Made by a program: the position numbers and the translations under genes
The notes under the pieces: generated by a model
The model's input: the letters and a program-made list of their open reading frames with translations, nothing else
Database searches by the model: none
What the model was told of the DNA's origin: nothing
Shown here: positions 23,101-37,200 of the stretch, in pieces
Layout: every line of letters starts with the position of its first letter
How positions within the stretch are numbered: the first letter of the stretch is position 1
Assembly: GCF_036321535.1 (NCBI RefSeq)
Contig: NC_087436.1
Coordinates: 2,852,001-2,916,000, forward strand
DNA: 64,000 nt
Direction: 5' to 3'
Source: Camelus dromedarius
Lineage: Eukaryota

Positions 23101-25140
23101 GGGAAAAGAAACTTTGTGTTCCCAACAAGCTAGGTGAAGGACGGCTTTCACACACACTTATCTCTCAGAACTGAGCACGTGGAGAGACGTTCGCTCATCT
23201 TGCATAAAGTGAACGGGTTGCAGGAGAATCTTTTACTCTGGATTCTCAGTCTGTTTCCTAGTGCCGGTTTGAAATTCCTGCAGTTTTCACTGTAAAACCG
23301 TGTTGGAGCTATTACTTCCCCATATATATGTATGAAGTGGAGTTTGTAATTGAAAAGAAACTTTGTGTTCCCAACAAGAAACGTGAAGGACGGCTTTCAC
23401 CCACACATTTCTCTGAGAACTGAGCATGTTGAGAGACTTTCGTTCATCTAGCACAAAGGGAACGGGTTGCAGGAGAAACTATTACTCTGGTTTCTCAGTG
23501 TGTTTCCTGGTGCCGGTTTGAAGTTCCTACAGTTTTCACTGTAAAACCGAGTTGGAGCTAGTACCTCCCCATATATAAGTTTGGAGTGGAGTTTGCAACT
23601 GAAAAGAAACTTTGTGTTCCCAACAAGCTAGGTGAAGACGGCTATCACCCACACATTTCTCTGAGAACTGAGCATGTTGAGAGACTTTCGTTCATCTAGC
23701 ACAAATGGAACGGGTTGTAGGAGAAAGTTTTACTCTTGTTTCTCAGTCTTTTTCCTAGTGCCGGTTTGAATTTCCTGCAGTTTTCACTGTAAAACCGTGT
23801 TGGAGCTAGTACCTCCCCATATATATGTATGGATTGGTGTTTGCAAATTAATAGAAACTTTGTGTTCCCAACAAGCTTCGTGTAGGACGGCTATCACATA
23901 CACTTATCTCTCAGAACTGAGCATGTGGAGAGACGTTCGTTCATCTTGCACAAACGGAAGGGTTGCAGGAGAAACTTTTACTCTGGTTTCTCAGTCTGTT
24001 TCCTAGTGCCGGTTAGAAGTTCCTGAAGTTTTCACTGTAAAATCGAGTTGGAGCTAGTACCTCCCCATATATATATATGGATTGGGGTTTGCAAGTGAAA
24101 AGAAACTTTGTGTTCCCAACAAGCTAGGTGAAGGACGGAATGCACACACAATTATCTCTCAGAAATGAGCATGTGGAGAGACGTTTGTTCATCTAGCACA
24201 AAGGGAACGGGTTGCAGGAGAAACTTTTACTCTGGTTTCTCAGTCTGTTTCCTAGTGCTGGTTTGAATTTCCTGCAGTTTTCACTGTAAAATCGAGTTGG
24301 AGCTTGAACCTCCCCATTTATATGTATGGAGTGGAGTTTGCAAGTGAAAAGAAACTTTGTGTTCCCAACAAGCTAGGTGAATGACGGCTTTCACACACAC
24401 TTATCTCTCAGAACTGAGCACGTGGAGAGACGTTCATTCATCTAGCACAAATGGAACGGTTTGCAGGAGAAACTTTTACTCTGGATTCTCAGTCTGTTTC
24501 CTAGTGCCGCTTTGAAGTTCCTGCAGTTTTCACTGTAAAACCGCGTTGGAGCTAGTACCTCCCCATATATATGTATGGAGTGGAGTTTGCAAGTGAAAAG
24601 AAACTTTGTGTTCCCAACAAGCTAGGTGAAGGACGGCTTTCACACACACTTCACTCTCAGAACTGAGCACGTGGAGAGACGTTCATTCATCTAGCACAAA
24701 TGGAACGGGTTGCAGGAGAAACTTTTACTCTGGTTTCTCAGTCTGTTTCCTAGTGCCGGTTTGAAGTTCCTGCAGTTTTCACTGTAAAACAGTGTTGGAG
24801 CTATTACCTCCCCATATATATGTATGGAATGGAGTTTGCAAGTGAAAAGAAGCTTTGTGTTCCCAACAAGCTAGGTGAAGGACGGGTTTCACACACAATT
24901 ATCTCTCAGAAATGAGCATGTGGAGAGACGTTCGTTCATCTAGCACAAAGGGAACGGGTTGCAGGAGAAACTTTTACTCTGGTTTCTCAGTCTGTTTCCT
25001 AGTGCAGGTTGGAAGTTCCTTCAGTTTTCAATGAAAAACAGTGTTGGAGCTAGTACCTCCCCATATATATGTATCGATTGGTGTTTTCAACTGAAAGAAA
25101 CTTTGTGTTCCCAACAAGCTTGGTGAAGGACGGCTTTCAC
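18340..25140. repeat. Block duplication at 15-monomer offset (~3730 bp): ~18340-21410 repeated at ~22070-25140
   Basis: ORF pairs 18493/22223 (3730) and 20066/23797 (3731). Shared private variants include GGACGGAATGCAC, TTCACTCTCAG and GTATCGATTGGTGTTTTC. Confidence 0.88.
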
Positions 25141-27215
25141 ACACACTTATCTCTCAGAACTGAGCATGTGGAGAGACGGTCGTTCATCTAGCAAAAAGGG
25201 AAATGATTGCAGGAGAAACCTTTACTCTGGTTTCTCAGTCTGTTTCCTAGTGCCGGTATGAAGTTCCTGCAGTTTTCACTGTAAATCAGAGTTGGAGCTA
25301 GTACCTCCCAATATATATTTATGGAGAGGTTTTTGCAACTGAAAAGAAACTTTGTGTTCCCAACAAGCTAAGTGAAGGACGGGTTTCACAAACACTTATC
25401 TCTCAGAACTGAGCATGTGGAGAGACGTTCATTCAACTAGCACAAAGGGAATGGGTTGCAGGAGAAACATATACTCTGGTTTCTCAGTCTCTTTCCTAGT
25501 GCCGGTTTGAAGTTCCTGCAGTTTTCACTGTAAAACAGAGTTGGATCTAGTACCTCCCCATATATATATATGGACTGGAGTTTGCAAGTGAAAAGAAACT
25601 TTGTGTTTCCAACAAGCTAGGTGAAGGACGGCTTTCACACACAATTATATCTCACAAATGAGCACGTGGAGAGACGTTCATTCATCTAGCAAAAAGGGAA
25701 CGGGTTGCAGGAGAAACTTTTACTCTGTTTTCTCAGTCTGTTTCCTAGTGCTGGTTTGAATTTCCTGCAGTTTTCACTGTAAAATCGAGTTGGAGCTTGA
25801 ACCTCCCCATTTATATGTATGGAGTGGAGTTTGCAAGTGAAAAGAAACTTTGTGTTCCCAACAAGCTAGGTGAATGACGGCTTTCACACACACTTATCTC
25901 TCAGAACTGAGCACGTGGAGAGACGTTCATTCATCTAGCACAAATGGAACGGTTTGCAGGAGAAACTTTTACTCTGGATTCTCAGTCTGTTTCCTAGTGC
26001 CGCTTTGAAGTTCCTGCAGTTTTCACTGTAAAACCGCGTTGGAGCTAGTACCTCCCCATATATATGTATGGAGTGGAGTTTGCAAGTGAAAAGAAACTTT
26101 GTGTTCCCAACAAGCTAGGTGAAGGACGGCTTTCACACACACTTCACTCTCAGAACTGAGCACGTGGAGAGACGTTCATTCATCTAGCACAAATGGAACG
26201 GGTTGCAGGAGAAACTTTTACTCTGGTTTCTCAGTCTGTTTCCTAGTGCCGGTTTGAAGTTCCTGCAGTTTTCACTGTAAAACAGTGTTGGAGCTATTAC
26301 CTCCCCATATATATGTATGGAATGGAGTTTGCAAGTGAAAAGAAGCTTTGTGTTCCCAACAAGCTAGGTGAAGGACGGGTTTCACACACAATTATCTCTC
26401 AGAAATGAGCATGTGGAGAGACGTTCGTTCATCTAGCACAAAGGGAACGGGTGGCAGGAGAAACTTTTACTCTGGTTTCTCAGTCTGTTTCCTAGTGCAG
26501 GTTGGAAGTTCCTTCAGTTTTCAATGAAAAACAGTGTTGGAGCTAGTACCTCCCCATATATATGTATCGATTGGTGTTTTGAACTGAAAGAAACTTTGTG
26601 TTCCCAACAAGCTTGGTGAAGGACGGCTTTCACACACACTTATCTCTCAGAACTGAGCATGTGGAGAGACGTTCGTTCATCTAGCAAAAAGGGAAAGGAT
26701 TGCAGGAGAAACCTTTACTCTGGTTTCTCAGTCTGTTTCCTACTGCCGGTATGAAGTTCCTGCAGTTTTCACTGTAAATCAGAGTTGGAGCTAGTACCTC
26801 CCAATATATATTTATGGAGAGGTTTTTGCAACTGAAAAGAAACTTTGTGTTCCCAACAAGCTAAGTGAAGGACGGGTTTCACAAACACTTATCTCTCAGA
26901 ACTGAGCATGTGGAGAGACGTTCATTCAACTAGCACAAAGGGAATGGGTTGCAGGAGAAACATATACTCTGGTTTCTCAGTCTCTTTCCTAGTGCCGGTT
27001 TGAAGTTCCTGCAGTTTTCACTGTAAAACAGAGTTGGATCTAGTACCTCCCCATATATATATATGGACTGGAGTTTGCAAGTGAAAAGAAACTTTGTGTT
27101 TCCAACAAGCTAGGTGAAGGACGGCTTTCACACACAATTATATCTCACAAATGAGCACGTGGAGAGACGTTCATTCATCTAGCAAAAAGGGAACGGGTTG
27201 CAGGAGAAACTTTTA
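24240..27215. repeat. Near-identical tandem duplication of a 6-monomer block (1493 bp)
   Basis: CCTAGTGCTGGTTTGAATTTCC is at 24251 and 25744. The downstream private variants GAAGCTTTG, AAGCTAAGTG and TATATCTCACAAATGAGCAC repeat at the same offset. Confidence 0.9.
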
Positions 27216-28269
27216 CTCTGATTTCTCAGTCTGTTTCCTAGTGCCTGTTTGAAGTTCCTGCAGTTTTCACTGTAAAACCGAGTTGGAGCTAGTACCTCCC
27301 CATATATATGTAAGGAGTGGAGGTTGCAAGTGAAAAGAAACTTTGTGTTCCCAACAAACTAGGTGAAGGACGGCTTTCACACACACTTATCTCTCAGAAA
27401 TTAGCACGTGGAGAGACGTTCGTTCATCTAGCACAAAGGGAACGGTTTGCTGGAGAAACTTTTACACTTTTTTCTCTGTCTGTTTCCTAGTGCCGGTTTG
27501 ATGTTCCTGCAGTTTTCACTGTAAAACCGATTTGGAGCTAGTACCTCCCCATATATATGTATGGAGTGGAGTTTGCAAGTGAAAAGAAACTTTGTGTTCC
27601 CAACAAGCTAGTTGAAGGCGGCTTTCACACACAATTATCTCTCAGAACTGAGCACGTGGAGAGACGTTCATTCATCTAGCACAAATGGAACGGGTTGAAG
27701 GAGAAACTTTTACTCTGTATTCTCAGTCTGTTTCCTAGTTCCGGTTTGAAGTTCCTGCATTTTTCACTGTAAAACAGAGTTGGAGCTAGTACCTCCCCAT
27801 ATATATGTATGGAGTGGAGTTTGCAAGTGAAAAGAAACTTTGTGTTCCCAACAAGCTATTTGAAGACGGCTTTCACACACAGTTATCTCTCAGAACTGAG
27901 CATGTGGAGAGACGTTCGTTCATCTAGCACAAAGGGAACGGGTTGCAGGAGAAACTGTTACTCTGGTTTCTCAGTCTGTTTCCTAGTGCCGGTTTGAAGT
28001 TCCTGCAGTTTTCACTGTAAAACCGAGTTGGAGCTAGTACTTCCCCATATATATGTATGGAGTGGGGTTTGCAAGTGAAAAGAAACTTTGTGTTCCCAAC
28101 AAGCTAGTTGAAAGACGGCTTTCACACAAAATTATCTTTCAGAACTGAGCATGTGGAGAGACGTTCATTCATCTTGCATAAAGTGAACGGGTTGCAGGAG
28201 AAACTTTTACTCTGGTTTCTCAGTCTGTTTCCTAGTGCCGGTTTGAAGTTCCTGCAGTTTTCACTGTAA

Positions 28270-31200
28270 AACCGAGTTGGAGCTATTACCTCCCCATATA
28301 TATGTATGGAGTGGAGTTTGCAAATGAAAAGAAACTTTGTGTTCCCAAAAGAAACGTGAAGGACGGCTTTCACACACACTTACATCTCAGAACTGAGCAT
28401 GTGGAGAGACGTTCGTTCATCTAGCACAAAGGGAACGGGTTGCAGGAGAAACTTTTACTCTGGTTTCTCAGTCTGTTTCTTAGTGCCGGGGTGAAGTTCC
28501 TGAATTTTTCACTGTAAAACCGAATTGGAGCTAGTACCTCCCCATATATATGTATGGAGTGGGGTTTGCAACTGAAAAGAAACTTTTTGTTCCCAACAAG
28601 CTATGTGAAGGACGGCTTTCACACACACTTATCTCTCAGAACTGAGCATGTGGAGAGACGTTCGTTCATCTACCACAAAGGGAACGGTTTGCAGGAGAAA
28701 CCTTTACTCTGGTTTCTCAGTCTGTTTCCTTGTGCTGGTTTGAAGTTCCTGCAGTTTTCACTGTAAAAACGAGTTGGAGCTAGTACCTCCCCATATATAA
28801 GTATGGAGTGGTGTTTGCAACTTAATAGAAACTTTGTGTTCCCAACAAGCTTCGTGTAGGACGGCTTTACATACACTTATCTCTCAGAACTGAGCATGTG
28901 GAGAGACGTTCGTTCATCTAGCACAAACGGAACGGGTTGCAGGAGAAACTTTTACTCTGGTTTCTCAGTCTGTTTCCTAGTGCTGGTTTGAAGTTCCTGA
29001 AGTTTTCACAGTAAAACCGAGTTGGAGCTAGTACCTCCCCATATATATATATGGAGTGGGGTTTCAAATGAAAGAAAGATTGTGTTCCCAACAAGCTAGG
29101 TGAAGGACGGCTTTCACACACAATTACCTCTCAGAAATGAGCATGTGGAGAGACGTTCGTTCATCTAGCACAAATGGAACGGGTTGCAGGAGAAACTTTT
29201 ACTCTGGTTTCTCAGTCTGTTTCCTAGTGCCGGTTTGAAGTTCCTGCAGTTTTCAATGTAAAAACGAGTTGGAGCTAGTACCTCCCCATATATACGTATG
29301 GAGTGGGGTTTGCAAGTGAAAAGAAACTTTCTGTTCCCAACAAGCTAGGTGAAAGAAGGCTTTCACACACAACTATCTCTCAGAACTGAGCATGTGGAGA
29401 GACGTTCGTTCATCTAGCGCAAAGGGAACGGGTTGCAGGAGAAACTTTTACTCTGGTTTCTCAGTCTGTTTCCTAGTGCCGTTTGAAGTTCCTGCAGTTT
29501 TCACTGTAAAACCTATTTGGAGCTAGTAACTCCCCATATATATGTATGGAGTGGAGTTTGCAAGTGAAAAGAAACTTTGTGTTCCCAACAAGCTAGTTGA
29601 AGGCGGCTTTCACACACAATTTTCTCTCAGAACTGAGCACGTGGAGAGACGTTCATTCATCTAGCACAAATGGAACGGGTTGAAGGAGAAACTTTTACTC
29701 TGGATTCTCAGTCTGTTTCCTAGTGCCGGTTTGAAGTTCCTGCAGTTTTCACTGTAAAACAGAGTTGGAGCTAGTACCTCCCCATATATATGTATGGAGT
29801 GGAGTTTGCAAGTGAAAAGAAACTTTGTGTTCCCAACAAGCTAGTTGAAGGAGGCTTTCACACACAATTATCTCTCAGATCTGAGCATGTGGAGAGACGT
29901 TCGTTCATCTAGCACAAAAGGAACGGGTTGCAGGAGAAACTTTTTCGCTGGTTTCTCAGTCTGTTTCCTAGTGCCGGGATGAAGTTCCTGAATTTTTCAC
30001 TGTAAAACCGAATTGGAGCTAGTACCTCCCCATATATATGTATGGAGTGGGGTTTGCAACTGAAAAGAAACTTTGTGTTCCCAACAAGCTATTTGAAGGC
30101 GGCTTTCACACACACTTATCTCTCAGAACTGAGCACGTGGAGAGACGTTCATTCATCTAGCACAAATTGAACGGGTTGAAGGAGAAACTTTTACTCTAGA
30201 TTCTCAGTCTGTTTCCTAGTGCCGGTTTGAATTTCCTGCAGTTTTCACATTAATACCGAGTTGGAGCTAGTACCTCCCCATATATATGTATGGAGTGGAG
30301 TTTGCAAGTGAAAAGAATCTTTGTGCTCCAAACAAGCTAGGTGAAGTTCGGCTTTCACACACACTTATCTCTCAGAAATGAGCATGTGGAGAGACTTTCG
30401 TTCATCTAGCAGAAAGGGAAAGGTTTTGCAGCAGAAACTTTTTCTCTGGATTCTCTTTCTGTTTCCTAGTGCCGGAATGAAGTTCCTGCAGTTTTCACTA
30501 TAAAACAGAGTTGGAGCTAGTACCTCCCCTTATATATGTATGGAGTGGAGTTTGCAACTGAAAAGAAACTTTGTGTTCCCAACAAGCTAGGTGAAGGGTG
30601 GCTTTCACACACACTTATCTCTCAGAACTGAGCATGTGGAGAGACGTTCGTTCATCTAGCACCAAGGGAAAGGTTTGCAGGAGAAACTTTTAATCTGGTT
30701 TCTCACTCTGTTTCCTAGCGCCGGTTTGAAGTTCCTGCAGTTTTCACTGTAAAACCGAGTTGGAGCTATTACCTCCCCATATATATGTATGGAGTGGAGT
30801 TTGCAACTGAAAAGAAACTTTGTGTTCCCAAAAGAAACGTGAAGGACGGCTTTCACACACACTTACATCTCAGAACTGAGCATGTGGAGAGACGTTCGTT
30901 CATCTAGCACAAAGGGAACGGGTTGCAGGGGAAACTTTTACTCTGGTTTCTCAGTCTGTTTCTTAGTGCCGGGGTGAAGTTCCTGAATTTTTCACTGTAA
31001 AACCGAATTGGAGCTAGTACCTCCCCATATATATGTATGGAGTGGGGTTTGCAACTGAAAAGAAACTTTTTGTTCCCAACAAGCTATGTGAAGGACGGCT
31101 TTCACACACACTTATCTCTCAGAACTGAGCATGTGGAGAGACGTTCGTTCATCTACCACAAAGGGAACGGTTTGCAGGAGAAACCTTTACTCTGGTTTCT

Positions 31201-34200
31201 CAGTCTGTTTCCTTGTGCTGGTTTGAAGTTCCTGCAGTTTTCACTGTAAAAACGAGTTGGAGCTAGTACCTCCCCATATATAAGTATGGAGTGGTGTTTG
31301 CAACTTAATAGAAACTTTGTGTTCCCAACAAGCTTCGTGTAGGACGGCTTTACATACACTTATCTCTCAGAACTGAGCATGTGGAGAGACGTTCGTTCAT
31401 CTAGCACAAACGGAACGGGTTGCAGGAGAAACTTTTACTCTGGTTTCTCAGTCTGTTTCCTAGTGCTGGTTTGAAGTTCCTGAAGTTTTCACTGTAAAAC
31501 CGAGTTGGAGCTAGTACCTCCCCATATATATATATGGAGTGGGGTTTCAAATGAAAGAAAGATTGTGTTCCCAACAAGCTAGGTGAAGGACGGCTTTCAC
31601 ACACAATTACCTCTCAGAAATGAGCACGTGGAGAGACGTTCGTTCATCTAGCACAAATGGAACGGGTTGCAGGAGAAACTTTTACTCTGGTTTCTCAGTC
31701 TGTTTCCTAGTGCCGGTTTGAAGTTCCTGCAGTTTTCACTGTAAAAACGAGTTGGAGCTAGTACCTCCCCATATATACGTATGGAGTGGGGTTTGCAAGT
31801 GAAAAGAAACTTTCTGTTCCCAACAAGCTAGGTGAAAGAAGGCTTTCACACACAACTATCTCTCAGAACTGAGCATGTGGAGAGACGTTCGTTCATCTAG
31901 CGCAAAGGGAACGGGTTGCAGGAGAAACTTTTACTCTGGTTTCTCAGTCTGTTTCCTAGTGCCGTTTGAAGTTCCTGCAGTTTTCACTGTAAAACCTATT
32001 TGGAGCTAGTAACTCCCCATATATATGTATGGAGTGGAGTTTGCAAGTGAAAAGAAACTTTGTGTTCCCAACAAGCTAGTTGAAGGCGGCTTTCACACAC
32101 AATTTTCTCTCAGAACTGAGCACGTGGAGAGACGTTCATTCATCTAGCACAAATGGAACGGGTTGAAGGAGAAACTTTTACTCTGGATTCTCAGTCTGTT
32201 TCCTAGTGCCGGTTTGAAGTTCCTGCAGTTTTCACTGTAAAACAGAGTTGGAGCTAGTACCTCCCCATATATATGTATGGAGTGGAGTTTGCAAGTGAAA
32301 AGAAACTTTGTGTTCCCAACAAGCTAGTTGAAGGAGGCTTTCACACACAATTATCTCTCAGATCTGAGCATGTGGAGAGACGTTCGTTCATCTAGCACAA
32401 AAGGAACGGGTTGCAGGAGAAACTTTTTCGCTGGTTTCTCAGTCTGTTTCCTAGTGCCGGGATGAAGTTCCTGAATTTTTCACTGTAAAACCGAATTGGA
32501 GCTAGTACCTCCCCATATATATGTATGGAGTGGGGTTTGCAACTGAAAAGAAACTTTGTGTTCCCAACAAGCTATTTGAAGGCGGCTTTCACACACACTT
32601 ATCTCTCAGAACTGAGCACGTGGAGAGACGTTCATTCATCTAGCACAAATTGAACGGGTTGAAGGAGAAACTTTTACTCTAGATTCTCAGTCTGTTTCCT
32701 AGTGCCGGTTTGAATTTCCTGCAGTTTTCACATTAATACCGAGTTGGAGCTAGTACCTCCCCATATATATGTATGGAGTGGAGTTTGCAAGTGAAAAGAA
32801 TCTTTGTGCTCCAAACAAGCTAGGTGAAGTTCGGCTTTCACACACACTTATCTCTCAGAAATGAGCATGTGGAGAGACTTTCGTTCATCTAGCAGAAAGG
32901 GAAAGGTTTTGCAGCAGAAACTTTTTCTCTGGATTCTCTTTCTGTTTCCTAGTGCCGGAATGAAGTTCCTGCAGTTTTCACTATAAAACAGAGTTGGAGC
33001 TAGTACCTCCCCTTATATATGTATGGAGTGGAGTTTGCAACTGAAAAGAAACTTTGTGTTCCCAACAAGCTAAGTGAAGGGTGGCTTTCACACACACTTA
33101 TCTCTCAGAACTGAGCATGTGGAGAGACGTTCGTTCATCTAGCACCAAGGGAAAGGTTTGCAGGAGAAACTTTTAATCTGGTTTCTCACTCTGTTTCCTA
33201 GCGCCGGTTTGAAGTTCCTGCAGTTTTCACTGTAAAAACGAGTTGGAGCTAGTACCTCCCCATATATATGTATGGAGTGGTGTTTGCAACTTAATAGAAA
33301 CTATGCGTTCCCAACAAGCTTGGTGTAGGACGGATTTACATACACTTATCTCTCAGAACTGAGCATGTGGAGAGACGTTCGTTCATCTAGCACAAACGGA
33401 ACGGGTTGCAGGAGAAACTTTTACTCTGGTTTCTCAGTCTGTTTCCTAGTGCTGGTTTGAAGTTCCTGAAATTTTCACGGTAAAACCGAGTTGGAGCTAG
33501 TACCTCCCCATATATATATATGGAGTGGGGTTTCAAATGAAAAGAAAGATTGTGTTCCCAACAAGCTAAGTGAAGGACGGCTTTCACACACAATTACCTC
33601 TCAGAAATGAGCATGTGGAGAGACGTTCGTTCATCTAGCGCAAAGGGAACGGGTTGCAGGAGAAACTTTTACTCTGGTTTCTCAGTCTGTTTCCTAGTGC
33701 CGTTTGAAGTTCCTGCAGTTTTCACTGTAAAACCTATTTGGAGCTAGTAACTCCCCATATATATGTATGGAGTGGAGTTTGCAAGTGAAAAGAAACTTTG
33801 TGTTCCCAACAAGCTAGTTGAAGGCGGCTTTCACACACAATTTTCTCTCAGAACTGAGCACGTGGAGAGACGTTCATTCATCTAGCACAAATGGAACGGG
33901 TTGAAGGAGAAACTTTTACTCTGGATTCTCAGTCTGTTTCCTAGTGCCGGTTTGAAGTTCCTGCAGTTTTCACTGTAAAACAGAGTTGGAGCTAGTACCT
34001 CCCCATATATATGTATGGAGTGGAGTTTGCAAGTGAAAAGAAACTTTGTGTTCCCAACAAGCTAGTTGAAGGAGGCTTTCACACACAATTATCTCTCAGA
34101 TCTGAGCATGTGGAGAGACGTTCGTTCATCTAGCACAAAAGGAACGGGTTGCAGGAGAAACTTTTTCGCTGGTTTCTCAGTCTGTTTCCTAGTGCCGGGA

Positions 34201-37200
34201 TGAAGTTCCTGAATTTTTCACTGTAAAACCGAATTGGAGCTAGTACCTCCCCATATATATGTATGGAGTGGGGTTTGCAACTGAAAAGAAACTTTGTGTT
34301 CCCAACAAGCTATTTGAAGGCGGCTTTCACACACACTTATCTCTCAGAACTGAGCACGTGGAGAGACGTTCATTCATCTAGCACAAATTGAACGGGTTGA
34401 AGGAGAAACTTTTACTCTAGATTCTCAGTCTGTTTCCTAGTGCCGGTTTGAATTTCCTGCAGTTTTCACATTAATACCGAGTTGGAGCTAGTACCTCCCC
34501 ATATATATGTATGGAGTGGAGTTTGCAAGTGAAAAGAATCTTTGTGCTCCAAACAAGCTAGGTGAAGTTCGGCTTTCACACACACTTATCTCTCAGAAAT
34601 GAGCATGTGGAGAGACTTTCGTTCATCTAGCAGAAAGGGAAAGGTTTTGCAGCAGAAACTTTTTCTCTGGATTCTCTTTCTGTTTCCTAGTGCCGGAATG
34701 AAGTTCCTGCAGTTTTCACTATAAAACAGAGTTGGAGCTAGTACCTCCCCTTATATATGTATGGAGTGGAGTTTGCAACTGAAAAGAAACTTTGTGTTCC
34801 CAACAAGCTAGGTGAAGGGTGGCTTTCACACACACTTATCTCTCAGAACTGAGCATGTGGAGAGACGTTCGTTCATCTAGCACCAAGGGAAAGGTTTGCA
34901 GGAGAAACTTTTAATCTGGTTTCTCACTCTGTTTCCTAGCGCCGGTTTGAAGTTCCTGCAGTTTTCACTGTAAAACCGAGTTGGAGCTATTACCTCCCCA
35001 TATATATGTATGGAGTGGAGTTTGCAACTGAAAAGAAACTTTGTGTTCCCAAAAGAAACGTGAAGGACGGCTTTCACACACACTTACATCTCAGAACTGA
35101 GCATGTGGAGAGACGTTCGTTCATCTAGCACAAAGGGAACGGGTTGCAGGAGAAACTTTTACTCTGGTTTCTCAGTCTGTTTCTTAGTGCCGGGGTGAAG
35201 TTCCTGAATTTTTCACTGTAAAACCGAATTGGAGCTAGTACCTCCCCATATATATGTATGGAGTGGGGTTTGCAACTGAAAAGAAACTTTTTGTTCCCAA
35301 CAAGCTATGTGAAGGACGGCTTTCACACACACTTATCTCTCAGAACTGAGCATGTGGAGAGACGTTCGTTCATCTACCACAAAGGGAACGGTTTGCAGGA
35401 GAAACCTTTACTCTGGTTTCTCAGTCTGTTTCCTTGTGCTGGTTTGAAGTTCCTGCAGTTTTCACTGTAAAAACGAGTTGGAGCTAGTACCTCCCCATAT
35501 ATAAGTATGGAGTGGTGTTTGCAACTTAATAGAAACTTTGTGTTCCCAACAAGCTTCGTGTAGGACGGCTTTACATACACTTATCTCTCAGAACTGAGCA
35601 TGTGGAGAGACGTTCGTTCATCTAGCACAAACGGAACGGGTTGCAGGAGAAACTTTTACTCTGGTTTCTCAGTCTGTTTCCTAGTGCTGGTTTGAAGTTC
35701 CTGAAGTTTTCACTGTAAAACCGAGTTGGAGCTAGTACCTCCCCATATATATATATGGAGTGGGGTTTCAAATGAAAGAAAGATTGTGTTCCCAACAAGC
35801 TAGGTGAAGGACGGCTTTCACACACAATTACCTCTCAGAAATGAGCACGTGGAGAGACGTTCGTTCATCTAGCACAAATGGAACGGGTTGCAGGAGAAAC
35901 TTTTACTCTGGTTTCTCAGTCTGTTTCCTAGTGCCGGTTTGAAGTTCCTGCAGTTTTCACTGTAAAAACGAGTTGGAGCTAGTACCTCCCCATATATACG
36001 TATGGAGTGGGGTTTGCAAGTGAAAAGAAACTTTCTGTTCCCAACAAGCTAGGTGAAAGAAGGCTTTCACACACAACTATCTCTCAGAACTGAGCATGTG
36101 GAGAGACGTTCGTTCATCTAGCGCAAAGGGAACGGGTTGCAGGAGAAACTTTTACTCTGGTTTCTCAGTCTGTTTCCTAGTGCCGTTTGAAGTTCCTGCA
36201 GTTTTCACTGTAAAACCTATTTGGAGCTAGTAACTCCCCATATATATGTATGGAGTGGAGTTTGCAAGTGAAAAGAAACTTTGTGTTCCCAACAAGCTAG
36301 TTGAAGGCGGCTTTCACACACAATTTTCTCTCAGAACTGAGCACGTGGAGAGACGTTCATTCATCTAGCACAAATGGAACGGGTTGAAGGAGAAACTTTT
36401 ACTCTGGATTCTCAGTCTGTTTCCTAGTGCCGGTTTGAAGTTCCTGCAGTTTTCACTGTAAAACCGAGTTGGAGCTATTACCTCCCCATATATATGTATG
36501 GAGTGGAGTTTGCAACTGAAAAGAAACTTTGTGTTCCCAAAAGAAACGTGAAGGACGGCTTTCACACACACTTACATCTCAGAACTGAGCATGTGGAGAG
36601 ACGTTCGTTCATCTAGCACAAAGGGAACGGGTTGCAGGAGAAACTTTTACTCTGGTTTCTCAGTCTGTTTCTTAGTGCCGGGGTGAAGTTCCTGAATTTT
36701 TCACTGTAAAACCGAATTGGAGCTAGTACCTCCCCATATATATGTATGGAGTGGGGTTTGCAACTGAAAAGAAACTTTTTGTTCCCAACAAGCTATGTGA
36801 AGGACGGCTTTCACACACACTTATCTCTCAGAACTGAGCATGTGGAGAGACGTTCGTTCATCTACCACAAAGGGAACGGTTTGCAGGAGAAACCTTTACT
36901 CTGGTTTCTCAGTCTGTTTCCTTGTGCTGGTTTGAAGTTCCTGCAGTTTTCACTGTAAAAACGAGTTGGAGCTAGTACCTCCCCATATATAAGTATGGAG
37001 TGGTGTTTGCAACTTAATAGAAACTTTGTGTTCCCAACAAGCTTCGTGTAGGACGGCTTTACATACACTTATCTCTCAGAACTGAGCATGTGGAGAGACG
37101 TTCGTTCATCTAGCACAAACGGAACGGGTTGCAGGAGAAACTTTTACTCTGGTTTCTCAGTCTGTTTCCTAGTGCTGGTTTGAAGTTCCTGAAGTTTTCA

